NCBI GenBank assembly: GCA_030704615.1
Contig: CM060732.1
Span: forward strand, 65,286,001-65,350,000
Source: Takakia lepidozioides
Lineage: Eukaryota; Plantae; Bryophyta
Reading direction: 5' to 3'
Length of the DNA: 64,000 bases
Part shown: positions 12,201 to 25,186 of the stretch, one piece after another
How positions within the stretch are numbered: the stretch's first letter is position 1
Layout of the letters: every line of letters starts with the position of its first letter
The notes under the pieces: model-generated
The model's input: the letters and a program-made list of their open reading frames with translations, nothing else
Database searches by the model: none
What the model was told of the DNA's origin: nothing
Made by a program: the position numbers and the translations under genes

Positions 12201-14713
12201 TTCCTCTTCAATTGGTGTTGTTGACACTACACCACAGCAGATACCTCTTAAACAACTTAGGCCTTCCAGCCGCATCGCAACCTGCTCCCACTCTGGGTGT
12301 GCAGCGAACAGGGTAGCTTCCTGCTCCTCATCCAGTCCTCCCCTCCAATCATACTCTCTGACCCCTCGAGGTCTTCTCGTAGCAGGTAATCTACTAGATT
12401 TCTTTGTGGTAATTTGTATCTCGTGCATCCCATTATGTACGGTTAGTAACTGAGAATTCCAGTCATGGAATACCCTGGCCTGTTTCAGCCACGGACGTCC
12501 CAATAATAAGGAGTAAGCCTCCATGACTTCATCCATCTTCAACACAGTTACTGTGATCATAAAGATCATCTTCGGTATCTGTATCTTAACTCTTCTTATC
12601 AATCCCAATGGCTGTACACTTCTTTGATCTGCCATTGTTACTGTAAATGGGGCTGGTTTCATGTTACTTAGACCAAGCTTCTTCCTTAATTGGTCTGTCA
12701 TGATATTTACTCCAGAGCCTCCATCTATCAGTACATCAGTTAGTTTTGTGCTTCCAATTCTCAATTGGATTACTGGCATAGAATCATCAAAGTCCATGAC
12801 TGTTTCTCGCCCTTCCGGCTTCACATTATAACTGGTCACCTTGCTGTTCAGGTCTGTGTTTCCTGTCTCCTGGGCAATTCGATTGATTGCTTGATACAGC
12901 CTGTGTCTACAATAAGGTGCCACAGCCAATAGCTGTCCAATGGTAATCTCTGCTTTGGTCTGGCATATTACTTCAGCCAAAGTCCCTTCATTACTTTGCA
13001 TGTCTGCAACTTCTTTCTTTCTTTCATCCTCATTCACTTCTTCTTCTCCATTAGAATCAGAGGAATCTGCCACAGGAATATCAGTACTCTTCTGCATTTC
13101 CCTTATGGTATCTGCCACTTCCTTGTGCAGTTCCTTCTCATCTCTCCAAGCCTCATCATCTTCAGGCATATCACTGCCATCTTCATTATCATCATCTTCT
13201 TCAACTACTGGAGGTATTAGTTTGGTTTTGCTTCTTGTTACTATCGTTGTACTTACTTCTGGTACAACACATGGCCTAACCATGTGAGCTGCCACCACTG
13301 GGCCCTCATTCATAAGAGCTCTCATCTCATTCTGGTGTCTAATCCAGAATGAACAGGCTTCCTTGCGATGTCCTGGCTGATTACAATAGTAACACAGTTC
13401 TTCACCATTGGGTCCTCGCCCTTGGTCTGCTCTTGGATTATTTCTGTAATCCTGATTCCCTGGCTGGTAATTCCCCCTTGGATTACCTTGATAGTTGCCT
13501 CTGGAATTTCCTTGGTAATTCCCTCTTGAATTACCTCTCCCTTCCATGCCATTGTTATAACCACCAGGCCTACCATAGTGGTCCTGATCATTGTTTCTTC
13601 TTGGCTGGGGTTGCACTTGATACACCCTAACTTGCCTAGGTTCTCTTGCAGCTGTCCTTTTGTTGTAGTAACAATTCTCAGTAGAATGGTTATCCATCTT
13701 ACAGATAGTATAGTGTTTCTCCTTCATGTTGCATTCAGTGGTGGTATGGCCTTCATTCTGACACTTTGCACACCAAACACCCTTCCTCCAATGTGTTGCA
13801 GCCTCTGTGGCATACTTCTTCAAGACTTCTTCTAATCTTTTCTCATAGTTATCCCTCTTCAACTTCTCCTTTCTCTTACTCTTCCTTTTCAGTTCTTGCT
13901 CTTTTTCTTCATCTGACTCATCCTCAGAGTCATCATCATCCCTTTTCTCTCTCCTGAGCATTCCCAATTGCTCAATTCTGTTTGTTGTTTCAAATGCCTC
14001 CTCCACTGTATTATGGGGTAACATATCCACTTTCTTCTGCAACTCTGGTCTTAGTCCACTCACAAACCAAGTCTTCTGTAAACCTGGTGCTGGTACAGCA
14101 GCCAGCTTTTTCATCAGCAATTCCATCTTTTCCATATACTCCTCAACAGTTTCATGCTTCTTTTGCTTTAACTGTTCCATACACTTCATCCTCAGTTTTA
14201 CTTGTCCTGAACCTATTTCGGAATGTTGTATTCAAGCCATTCTAGGTTAGGAAATGATTATTAGGAAATCTTGCATACCATTCACTTGCTTTCTTGATAA
14301 GTGAACAAGGAAACAATCTCATCTTGGCATCATCGCCATTCTCATTGTTCACTATACACATGTGCTCAAATTGGCTAATGTGTACATCGGGATCCCCCTT
14401 TCCTGAATATATTGGAAAAGGTGGTTTTGCCCGTGTTGGTTGTAACGCCATCTGTGGCCCTACCCTCTTCCCACTGACAGGTGCTGGCACCCTTGCTGGT
14501 GCTGGTCCTTGAGGACCTGTTGTAGTTGTGGTGGATCTTCCACCAAGTGGTGGCCCCTGAGCACTCCCTGCTACTGGCCCCACAATATTCACAGTATTCC
14601 CAACTCCAGTTGCACTACTTCCCACACTCCCTGTCCCCCCAGAGCCAGATCCAGGCAGCCCGCCTGATCCCCCTGAGCCGATACCTTCGTTGGCCTGTGA
14701 TCCAAGTGCTCCA
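9214..14713 (-). mobile_element. Ty3/Gypsy LTR retrotransposon internal region (non-chromovirus, Athila/Tat-like); decayed, LTRs not visible
   Basis: Gag (DPDVHISQFE..MRLFPCSL..ASEWY), Zn knuckle CYYCNQPGHRKEAC, protease LIDGGSGVN, RT FLDD, RNase H (DASGEALGA, YVDHQAL), integrase (WGLDFVGP, SDQGSHF); order PR-RT-RH-INT. Confidence 0.93.
9387..14713 (-). pseudogene. Gypsy gag-pol broken by stops/indels (ORFs 14242-14713, 11127-14189, 10554-11114, 10260-10445, 9387-10253)
   Basis: Consecutive ORFs with the expected domains, separated by premature stops such as GYW*PTLFKD. Confidence 0.9.
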
Positions 14714-15880
14714 GCGGCGGCCTTGCGAGAGGGCCTTCGGGACACGCCATTGCTGCGAAGAGGCCAACATTTGGAAGGAGATGTTCATACCCGTCCAGTG
14801 AGACGAAGACTTGACGAGGCACCTGGCGGAGAAGAGGATTCATGGCGAGCTGACAAGAATATTCGCACGCTCCCTCGTGGTCCGGTGATGTTGCCCGAGG
14901 AGGTCTCGTCAAGCACCGCAAGTCCTGCACGTTCAAGATCGTCATCTCCTTTGAGCACAGGGCGCGTGCCCCGGCATCATAACGAGCCATCTGTAGTAAA
15001 GCAGTACAACATTCCCATTGTGGAGACAAGAGTGTCGGAGTCACAGTGGAGAATTGCAAGGACATTGCCGGCATTTTGAGGGAAGTGCTGCGCCATCCGG
15101 GTGGATACGAGAGCACGCTGTGGTGAGATGATTCGGAGGAACCCACACGGTGCTGTACCTGCACCTTGTTTCAGCGGTAGATTTTTGACTCCCACATTTG
15201 CTCACGCCACAACGCAGACATTTTGGTTCTGTAGGCACGACATAATGACCTGTGTATTTGGCAAGCCCAAGTACGGGATTCAGGGAATGCCGGAGCCTCC
15301 AGACGTCTGGCCTGTTGCACCGGGTTGCAGCCTCTCTCAGAATGAGGCGGATGCTCTATCTGCAGCAGGATTTCGAATGGTGCAACGCACAGACATCCCG
15401 GCCCACGCATTTCCGGTTCCTCAGACCCAGCCATTGCAGACTGCTCGGTCCAGTAGAGACGGATTGGACAATTCTGCACATCCCACAATGCGATTCGGAA
15501 GAGTGAAGAGACGACACCCTCCCAACAAGTTGAATGAGACTCGGATTGCCAATGCTCTTGGGATGGCTTGCACTATTCAGAGCTCCGTGGACGTACCTCC
15601 ACCCGGCCTTGGGCGTGTGTATCGGATGGCAACGGCCGGCTCGGCTGTACGCGATGATGTATACACAATTACGATTGGAGTGGAGCCGACTTGCAATTGT
15701 ACGGACTTCTCGTTGATGGAAGCAAAGAAGGGTTCGAAGTATTATCCGTGCAAGCATTTGTATTACATCTACCTGAAGAGGTTGAGGATGAACGTGACTA
15801 TTGATGACTTTATTCATGCACCGGCGTTGAGCGTGAACGAGCTGCACAAACTCCTCCTTAGGGATTCCAGAAATCATTGA
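14714..15880 (+). pseudogene. C-terminal part of MULE transposase with SWIM finger; one internal stop
   Basis: HLEGDVHTRPVRRR, FWFCRHDIMTCVFGKPKYG, CNCTDF..CKHLYYIY; TGA at 15077-15079 where copy A has CGA. Confidence 0.9.
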
Positions 15881-16034
15881 TGGGGCAAACGGAATCCTCC
15901 ATATGGATATTTTCAAATGCATTTTGCTGTATCAGACTTTTTTTTGCAGTGTAATGAAATGCACCCCAAAACTCCTGGAATGAGGCAATATTCCATTCAA
16001 ACTGAGATCCAACAGAAGCAGTTGTGGGGCCATT

Positions 16035-16470
16035 TCTGGAAAAATGGCGCCGAATTTCTCTTTTTGGGGCCGAAAACTGGCTAAGTCCCAACATGCACTG
16101 GTACCTGTGTCTGGGAAAATGGCGCCGAATTTCTCTTTTTGGGGCCGAAAACTGGCTAAGTCCCAACATGCACAGGTACCGTGTCTGGAAAAATGGCGCC
16201 GAATTTCTCTTTTTTGGGCCGAAAACTGGCTAAGTCCCAACATGCACTGGTACAGTGTCTGGAAAAATGGCGCCGAATTTCCCTATTTTGCGCCGAAAAC
16301 TGGCTAAGTCCGAACATGCACTGGAAAAATGGCGCCGAATTACCTGTCATGAGGGGACCTATAGCCGCGGAATTCGGCACCATTTTTCGCCAGAGAGACC
16401 TATTACCGCGAAATACGTCGCCGTTTTTTCAGGTTACGGATCCTATTACCGCGAAATTCGGCGCCATATT
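16035..16470. repeat. Subterminal tandem repeat of copy B, ~74-bp unit with an AAAATGGCGCCGAATT core
   Basis: GGCGCC at 16046, 16121, 16195, 16269 and 16331. Confidence 0.9.
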
Positions 16471-16713
16471 TGCACATGTCGCTGGGAATTGGCATGAGTG
16501 GAAGACGAAAAATCATGAGCACAACTGTCAAAACTTCAATTTTCCCTTCAAGGGGCCGAATAATATATTTGTTTTTCCTGGCACATTGCATTAAATTATT
16601 GTTTTTTATTGTTTTTTATTTTCGAAATTTGTACTTCTGCTCATGAAAACCGATTGTCTTACTACTCTGCTCATGCCGCTCATGCCGCTCATGCTCATGA
16701 AATAGCAAACCTC

Positions 16714-18351
16714 GAGCAGAAGGGGAAAGCCAAGAAGAGGGCTGGCGGTACAGAGCCTAAAGACACCCCTGGTTTTGAAGCCATGATGGAATTCTTCACG
16801 GCTGTGAGCACGGATTGCAAGAGCACTCGGGGGGGGGGGGGGTTGAGGTGGAGAGAGCTTGCGACATGATTCTCCTCGACATTCCAGATGGGGAGCTGCT
16901 GGAGGGCCTGGATGGTGTGCCCACCTAGAACAGGTTTACTGAGGACTACTGGAAAGCCGGGTTTGGGCTGGCGGGGATGCTTCTGGATGACGGTGGATGT
17001 GTGGTTGTCCTTGCCACGAGAGGGAAGACCACAGAGAATGCGGTGGCAAGGTGGACACCGAAAAGTGTCACCCCGGTCTTCCTCAGAAAATGGTTCTGCA
17101 TCAGTACACAGGGGTTGCGAAGAGAGGGCCAAAGTGTAAGTTATCAATCTATTGCATTCACTTCATATTGTGGTGTATGTTAAGTAGACCCTGGAGTTGA
17201 TCCCTTCTTTGTTGGATGTGCAGACATTGGTGTTTGAGGCATATTGCTTTGTGAAGAGAGGGTCTACGTTCAAATTCCGCAACGACGGTCGTCTTGTTGA
17301 TGCCGCTGTGGACTCTGTAACCTGCAATGTCCTCTACAACTATGTGCCCCACTCCAGTATGCCGAAGGACACAAAGACAGGCAAACCGTGGCGGTACAGC
17401 CGGACCCGGAGCCCTGCTTTCATCCAAACCCTCATGGAGACGTGCTCGGATGTCCAAGGGCAGATTCTGGACCTCACATGCGGCACGGGTAAGCCTTCAC
17501 GTGCTCAGTTTGTCCCCTGGCCCGATTGCAATTGCATGCCGCAAGCTATTAACCGCCCGTTTTGTTCCTCAGGTGCTTCAATGTGGGCAGGGACGTTGTC
17601 CGACAGGCATGTGTTCGCCTTCGAGCCAGATACTGCCCTCCACAACTCGGAACTTGCAGCGGCTGAATGTCTGCCGAAAGAGGAAGAGGCATCCTCGGAG
17701 GATGAGGAAAAATCCGAGAAGGAGCAGGGGGAGGAAGTTGGGATCGAGGCCGAGGAGCCCCCGGTTTACGAGTGAGTGGTGGCATTGTAAGTTGCCTCTA
17801 GATTTCGTGAGGCACCTCCCTCCGCTCTCTTATTTCATTGAAAACCCTTTCTGGTTGTGCTGGTATTGACATTCTTGAAGTGGATTTGTTCTTACTGTAG
17901 GATGCCAAGTACTGCCGGAGGGACGTCTACACCGGAGTTCATGGGCAGGAGGAACGTGCCTTTTTTTGCCAGGGGGGATTTCATGCCTAGTCCAGAAAGG
18001 GAGTACATCCTTCCTACTTATGCTACCCGGTTTGCTTCGGTGTCCATTAGGAGGTGTTCCGAACCTAGTCGTGTACAGCAGATTTTAGACGAGGCAAGCC
18101 TCAAGAAAATGAAGATGAGGGAGGAGGCAGCAGCTATTAGAGCCCGTCGGGCTCGTAGATTTGTCTTGGATTCTGCTGAGGAAAGTGGGGGAGAAGACGC
18201 AGAAGATTCCCAGGAGGTGAGGTGGACAGTCCCCCAAGGAGAGGATGGGATTTTGAGAGGCATAGTGGAACTGATGCATCACAGAGCTCGGAGGATGAGG
18301 GGGATGAGGGGGATGAGGAAGAAGGTGGGGCAAGTTCCTCGGAGGGTGTAG
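16714..18351 (+). pseudogene. Cargo gene, 3' part: beta-class N6-adenine/N4-cytosine methyltransferase-like domain, acidic tail and conserved C-terminal exon
   Basis: CDMILLDIPDG..VPT*N..YW..AGMLLDDGGCVVV; intron 17136-17223; TLVFEAYCFVKR..RTRSPAFIQTLMETCSDVQGQILDLTCGTG; intron 17489-17572; ASMWAGTLSDRHVFAFEPD. Order and spacing parallel DLIxTDPPY..VLKPGG..KPxxL..VLDPFxGSG..GRxFIGxE. Confidence 0.68.
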
Positions 18352-18581
18352 GAGAGTAGTGCCCATTCCGGCTATGACAGTTAGAACACACTTGTATAGA
18401 CGTGGCTTGCCACAAAATTTGCAATAAAATGTTGCATTTCAAGTCCACTGGTGCCACATTCCAACTTCACATGACCCTATTTCCGTGCCTCCTAACCCTA
18501 TTTCCGTGGACTCACAATGGTCTGCTCATGCTTTTTTTTTTTCCCGCTCATGCTCATGCCGCTCATGAAATAGCAGCCCCC
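16714..18581 (-). mobile_element. MULE copy B' (cargo-gene end, opposite orientation to A), apparently the target of copy B
   Basis: Carries the methyltransferase-like cargo gene and ends in CTCATGAAATAGCAGCCCCC (18562-18581). Confidence 0.8.
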
Positions 18582-19196
18582 ACAAAGACTACCTTCTCGC
18601 TCTCTTCTTTCCGGAAACACTCTCGTTCTTGGGATGCTCCAGTGTGGCGAGTCTGAAATGATGAACGCCAGAATGTAACCTCCGAAGACATCCCTCAGGC
18701 AAATGGCAAAAGTGGATTGCGGTTAGGTTTTCATCCCTCCCTCTCAAGGAATGACTAATCATCCAAAAACGTAACGGCTCATAATTGGGGTTTTCGTTTT
18801 TCGGCGGGATGCTTGCGGGCTGTCTCGCAGAGAACTCGACACCTGCTGCCCTTGCAAGACACTTAAATATAGGCATGCCACGTATCCATGTTTGACATAA
18901 GGGGTTCGACCCACAACGCAGTCACTGAAGATGAGGCATCTGCAAAGTCGGCCGCAATTCTCGCCTATCAGAATCATCTGTCCGGCGGTCAGTGATCTGA
19001 CATTAATGGGATAAAATTCACCAGTATCTGTCAGAGTCAAAGCCGGCTACTAAACAACATGCAAAGAAATAATTTGCCTCAGCACCTTCAGTCGGTGGAT
19101 CCACTAAGACATTGTCAGGAAGTGCTTTGACGAGCCTTCCTGGTGTACTCTTGTCACCTGCTCTCCACTGCCCACACTCCCGTGCTCGTTCATGCA

Positions 19197-22100
19197 ATGT
19201 CTCTCAACTCTGACGTTGCTGTTTTTTACTCCAACGCGCAAGCGGAGTACCTGAGTGCCGTAGCCAACGTGAATGGGCTCGCCATAGTTCAAGAAGACTT
19301 GCTTTGCGTAACCTTCCGCTTTAAGGCAGGGACTGTACATGTAGTGAGAGAGGTGTATGACAAAGTGGGTAAGGTCGAGGGCACATGCGTTCCGAAACCA
19401 CATTTGTCTGGCAGTCGGCGAGAGTGGAGAGTTCCACCAGCAAAGTATCGCGTTCCTGGGGATCAAAGACGTCTGTCGGGAGGTTCCATAGTCAAAGCCC
19501 GGAACAGCAGCTTTGGTGGCTCAGGTGCCCAAAACTCTACCCATCAAAAGAGAAGAGACAACCTCCACCACATTTGTTGATATCTCCGATAGCTCAGAAG
19601 AGGACGTGTCAGAGCTCCCACCTCCTCCGAATCAACGTCTGCTGGGGGACCCCGATGTGCAAGAAATTGCAAGTGTCATTCCGAAGTTGTAGTCCTTGAG
19701 GGGGTTGCCAGGATGCAAGAGTGATGTGAGAGGCATTGACTGGGATACATAGCGAATCGTTAGAGCAAAATACCTACCCAATGAATTTAATGGTGATATC
19801 ATTTTGAGCTGCCACCAGCGACATCCTCTGGGGGATTGGCAGGACGAATGGCGGGCATGGACAAGAAGCACGATGGACATCCATGGTGCCAGACGAAAAC
19901 TTCCAATATATGCAATCCGCATGGCTTGAAGTTCCGTAGATTGATTTGCGTTGGACACCTTCATTGTCCAAATGCTTCTTGCCAGCACTTCCAAATGGAT
20001 GGTTCGGCAAATGAGACGGAATGGGAAGGTGTCAGCGACAACCCTTTCAAAGTAGGTTGTGCTCCTGCAAGCAGTAATACTCTCGTTCGCAAGTTCTGTA
20101 AATTGGTCCCACAGTGCATCGCAGATTGCAATGCACATATGTACTACGTGCTTCACAATTGCAGTTACCTCACAAGGGCATGTATCCATTTCGGCATTCA
20201 TGCACATCCAGTGTCCCGAAGACAGTGCAGAGAGACAATTGATACAATCCGTTCACTGCTTCGACACGAAATTCATAGTGCTCCTGGTGCATCGCCATCA
20301 GCCATTGCTCTTGCAGCAAACAAATGATTCCTACAAATGTATTTGTTTGGGGAATCACAGGAGTCCACCACTAAATTTGACACTACCTCCCTTGACGATG
20401 TTCTGGACCGTTTCTCAACATTGAGTTCTCTGAATGTGCGAAATCAAATCAACGTCCTAAGGGGGGGTGCTGCCAACACAGGCTTTATGGATAGCATCCT
20501 GGAGTTAAAGCGTATAAGCCGATATGACTTCATTCAGGACAGTGTTTTCCCGGGGCAAGGTGCCAGGAAAGTGTACTTATTCAAGATGTCCACAGTTGGT
20601 GAGGGATCGGGAGTTAGTCTGGTGCGAAGAATGCAGCCTGGTGGTGATCTTCAGAAATCCTGGGTTATGTTTGATCACGTGAAACGTGTGAAGGAATGGA
20701 CGACCATGGCCTGTCATGTATACGATCCTGCATACCAGAAAGTGATGACTGTTGTTGTTTGTGACATGCAGTCGGAGGACACAGAGTCACAAATTCTTAT
20801 GTGGAAGTCCTTTGTTAATGTCGTGACAGCTCATGGTGTCCCAGATCCAAACTTCACTGGGTTCATGGCTGACAGCGCTCAAGAGAATTGGAATGCTGTC
20901 CGTATAGTTTTTGGTTCAGGCAACCCCAAAGTACCAATGGAAGGCCGAGAACGCACTTGCCTCTTTCATTGGAGCTAGTCCCTACAACGCCACACAAAGA
21001 GTTCCATAAAACTGGAGTTGCGGGAGGAGCATATGAGACTATGCCGTCTGTATAAAGATGCCACCTCTGAACAGGAAGCCAACTCTATGTTCCAGACTAT
21101 TCGAGCATGGTGGTACTCATCTGAGGCAGCCAGTCTGGATGGAATCAAAGAACTGGAAGATTGGTTGGGGTTCTGGCACTTCAGATATAGACAGTGGGGT
21201 GCCTTCATGACACCTGTAAGTTAGTAGTGAATTAGCATGATTTTGCTTTATTCCTTCTCGTCGAGAGATATATCATGGAACGAACAGGCCGTCCAATCCA
21301 GTTCTTATGCTGCTGTACGTAATCATGCTTGTGTTGAATTGCATGCAGAACATGTCACTGGAAGACATTGCCGATATGCCCTCCTGCAATCTAGCGGAGA
21401 CTGTGCATAGTCAGTGGATGGCACAATCCGGCAAAAATGGGCGGAACCTCTACGTTGCAACTGCAGATGACAAGGTCCGGGCTGTTTCGCAATAAACAAG
21501 GTACCGAGACTTCCTGAGGGGACGGGGAGCTGGCAAAGGTCGAGACAGGGCAGGGCTGCAAATAGAGCGAAGCATCCCGCTAAAATGGCGCGTGTTGTAA
21601 ATGAGTTCACAAATGGAACACCTTTGCAGTCCAGGCTCCCACATCAAGAAGGGGAGGAAAGATTCGGTTCATGCAAGCGCAAACTTGACACCCCACCAGG
21701 ATCCGCTGCTGACTCCCATCGACATGACAGGGATAATTACTCAATTCCTCGTATGCATGTGCGGCCTCCGACATTCGAATCTGGCAGTCCCTCTGTCGGT
21801 GCTTGTTCTTCTGCTGTATACAATGCTTCATATCCCTCTGTTCCAGTGCGGGGAGAGGGAGAGATATTGCTGGCGGTGGAAGAGTTCGATTGTGTGGATG
21901 CAATATGGCACATTGAACGGACAACCCAAGGATCAAAAGTTGGGTGTTCTGCTGTTAGGGCATTGTCCTTTGTGAAGTGCATCAGCAAGATTTATAGGGG
22001 CAGAGACGGGACTCCTGCCCCGTCTTTCACTGGTTTATTCAAACATTACGGTGCGCAAGAGTCCAGGCCTCACAAGTTCTGGTTTTGCCCTGATGACATT

Positions 22101-22732
22101 CAGCGTTGTGTGATGGGGACTTGCCGGGATTCAGTCCTCAGTAACCTCAAATTCCAGCCGTGTGGCCAGTGAAGTTGGGAACATGTCTGTCGAAGCAAGA
22201 AATTGAGATGCTGGAGGATGCCGGGTTTCGTCTTCCAAGAGGCCTGGTAGTCATAACACCAGTTTCATGTCGGGGTTCGCAATCCGCATTCCCCCCACGT
22301 CCACCACATGGGAACGACTGGCCTACGAAACGAAATGGAAAACCGGTCTGTCGTGTTGAGGCAAGTCCCAAAAACGAGTGCTAAATTGAGTCAGCAAGAA
22401 ACCTACAGTGTCGGGTGACCCAAGTTGTCAATGTCCCCCCTCCAGGCTATGGGTGGGTGTACAGTATGGTGACATCGGGTTCTGTTGTTCACGACAAGAC
22501 TTATGAGGTAACTATTGGCAATTTTCCAAATTGCACATGACCGGACTTTCAGAACACTTTATTAAGCTCTATTGGAAAGAAACCCAAATTTGTCCCGTGC
22601 AAACACCTATACTACATCTACATTCACAGGATGTTTTGTGATCCTCACCTTGATATGTGCATTCACCAGTGTATAATGGGTCCCACTGACGTTCATACAC
22701 TTCTGCAGCGTGATAGGATTACTAAAATGTGA
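19197..22732 (+). pseudogene. Divergent GCM-MULE-SWIM transposase (copy D) with many stops and frameshifts
   Basis: N-terminus homologous to A (LCVTFRFKAGTV vs LCSKFKLKPGTV); KHDGHPWCQTKTS, VMFDHVKR, FMADSAQ, CLFHW, same intron, NLAETVH, FWFCPDDI, PCKHLYYIY. Confidence 0.9.
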
Positions 22733-22864
22733 GGTGTTCAGAAGGAGTTGGATTCTTTGACAATGATTCCACTTTGTGTTCAATGTAATGTTTTTAACAT
22801 GTTCTATTTCTGTTTTGGCTGAATCTGTTTTCGGTTTGTTTGTTTTGGGGTTGGTGGTTTTTCC

Positions 22865-23610
22865 AATTAAGATGTCGTTGACGACACCTTAATCCACCCA
22901 CCTGCACACGCACTGCCTTCGTACATTTGTTGGATTCATATTTTTTGGGTTATTTGGGTTTTTCGATGAATTGAAATGTCGCAAAGGGGAAATAAGATGT
23001 CGTTGACGACACCTTCATTCCTCCAACCTGCACACGCACCGCCGTGAAAGTTTTGTTCAGGTGGTCGGAATTAAGATGTCGTTGACGACATCTTAATCCC
23101 CCCGACCTGCACACGCACCGCCTTGAAAATTTTGTTGAGGTTGTTGGAATGAAGATATCATTGACGACACCTTAATCCCCCCTGCACACGCACCGCCTTC
23201 AAAGCTTTTTTGGATTCATTTTTTTCTGGTTTTTTGGGTTTTTCCATGAATTGTCATATTGCAACAGGTTGTGGGAATTAAGATGTCGTTGACGACACCT
23301 TAATCGCCCCGACCTGCACACGCACCGCCTTCAAAGTTTTGTTGGATTTCTGTTTTTTCCATTTTTGGGCCATAATTTGAAAAGACATGTGGCAGCAGCT
23401 GGTGGGATTTAAGATGTCGTTGACGACACCTTAATCGCCGCGACCTGCACAGGTGTCGGCTTTGTAGTTTTGTTGGATTCAAATTTTCTGGTTTTTTGGG
23501 ATTTTCCATGAAATGTTTGTGGCAACAGGAGGTGGGAATTAAGATGTCATTGACGACACCTTAATCCCCCCCCCACCTGGACACACACCGCCTTCAAAGT
23601 TTTTTTGGAC
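22865..23610. repeat. Seven-copy repeat with hairpin core TAAGATGTCGTTGACGACA(C/T)CTTA downstream of transposase D
   Basis: Cores near 22871, 22996, 23075, 23154, 23282, 23413 and 23543, each followed by a CCTGCACACGCACCGCC-like motif. Confidence 0.88.
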
Positions 23611-24235
23611 TCAATTTTTTGGGTTCATTGTTTTTGGAGAAATGTTTCTGCGATTTGGTTTTGTCCTCTACTTCTCATGTTCTATCATCCTCCCTCCTCT
23701 GCAGCCCCACCCCCATCGGAAGAGTCCATAGGTAACTCAAATTTACTCCTGTATTATTGCCTTGTAACTTCAGCAGTTTCCTTCAAGTTCCCTCAAAGTA
23801 AGTACTGCCAGGATCAGCTGACAAATCTGAAATTCAGGACACACTCGAGATGCAATTGCTCCACGTGAAACAAAAACGAAGTCATGGTTCATCCATTTTG
23901 CTCATTTCTCATCCAACTCATCCACCATTCATCCTTTCCACTTTTCATTCATCCTGAAACCATTCATCCGTCGGCTTTTTCATCGCACATTCGTACCATA
24001 CGGTCGTCATGGAGCTTGGATTGTCCCGTCGGATGGGGTGTGCATGCGTCCGTGCATTGTAGTTTTTGTCCACAACAATAGGCCCTCTTCTCCCCTCGGT
24101 TGTAGGCTCCCATTCACTAATCTGCTCATGCTTTAGGGATTCTGCTCACGTTTTCCACTTTAAGCGTGAGCGTGCTCACGTGAGCTGCTCACACGGTAGC
24201 TGCCCTCTGAGAATTCTGAACAAAGGCGACCAGCC

Positions 24236-25186
24236 CTATTTAGCCTCGTCTAATTCATCATGTGTTACCCTCTCCCATTTGGCCATGCCAGCCTCCACAT
24301 ACTGACGTCTTCGAGTCTCCAACACAGCCAAAACTGCAACCTCCTTCACTTCGTAATCATTGAGAGCAGATCTATATTTGTTGTACTCGACAACCGCGAC
24401 GCATTCACTGTACCGGCCAACATGGTCGGGAGTGAAACCAAGACGTTTCGGAAACAAATTTAATGTTTTCTTCAAAAGCTCCGTAAGGTCAGGGAGCGGT
24501 CCACCATGCTGTGACCACAGTCGTGCACCAGGAAGGACCCCATATTAGCATAGAACGGAACATAACGAATGACAGTGAAGGATAAAAAACATGCACCGGA
24601 GAGCAATATGCCATGGATGCAAACCAAATGCTTCATGTCCAATTACAAGTAATACAATATAATGAACATAGTCCCAATTCCGTGATGTGAAAAACACCAG
24701 CTCAAAATGTAGAATGCATGGAGGCTCCAGTATGATTGAAGTCACCACCATTCCATACATTTGGGCAGAAGACGCAGGGCGCAATGACATGAATGCATCC
24801 TCATCGGGCGGGGAGTTTCTTGTAAGCCCATCCGAGCATGCTGCACCAGACGTTAGTTCCTTCCCTGGGATACAGCCGCAGCAGAAGCATGTATCCATGA
24901 GCATGACAGAAAATGATTGGAAGTAAAATTGTTGAGGGTGAGAAGGGGACATACCATGAATTTCATAAACCATCTACCGTAGGCAACACCCATCATACTG
25001 TCAGCAAAATCAGGGGTCCCTGAAAGGTCCACAAGTCTGCGGTAAAATTCAGGGTCGTCGGGCGAAACGGATCCAGGAGGCAATATATTGAAGTCCATGA
25101 GGTGGCTAAGGCCTGGCCGTGAAACAACAACGGGTCTGGGTGCAAATTCAAAGTGACCCGATTTAGGTCGCTTGGGAACTTAAGGG
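24236..25186 (-). mobile_element. Orphan piggyBac-type terminus with an unknown spliced accessory ORF reading inward
   Basis: GCTTGGGAACTTAAGGG (25170-25186) followed by TTAA; 17-bp reverse complement of the terminus at 43042; minus-strand ORFs 24853-25098 and 24236-24475. Confidence 0.6.

Larger units (their letters stand above)
14714..16713 (+). mobile_element. MULE copy B, 3' part only; joined directly to the truncated Gypsy gag
   Basis: Homologous to exon 2 of the copy A transposase; ends in CTCATGAAATAGCAAACCTC (16694-16713). Confidence 0.88.
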
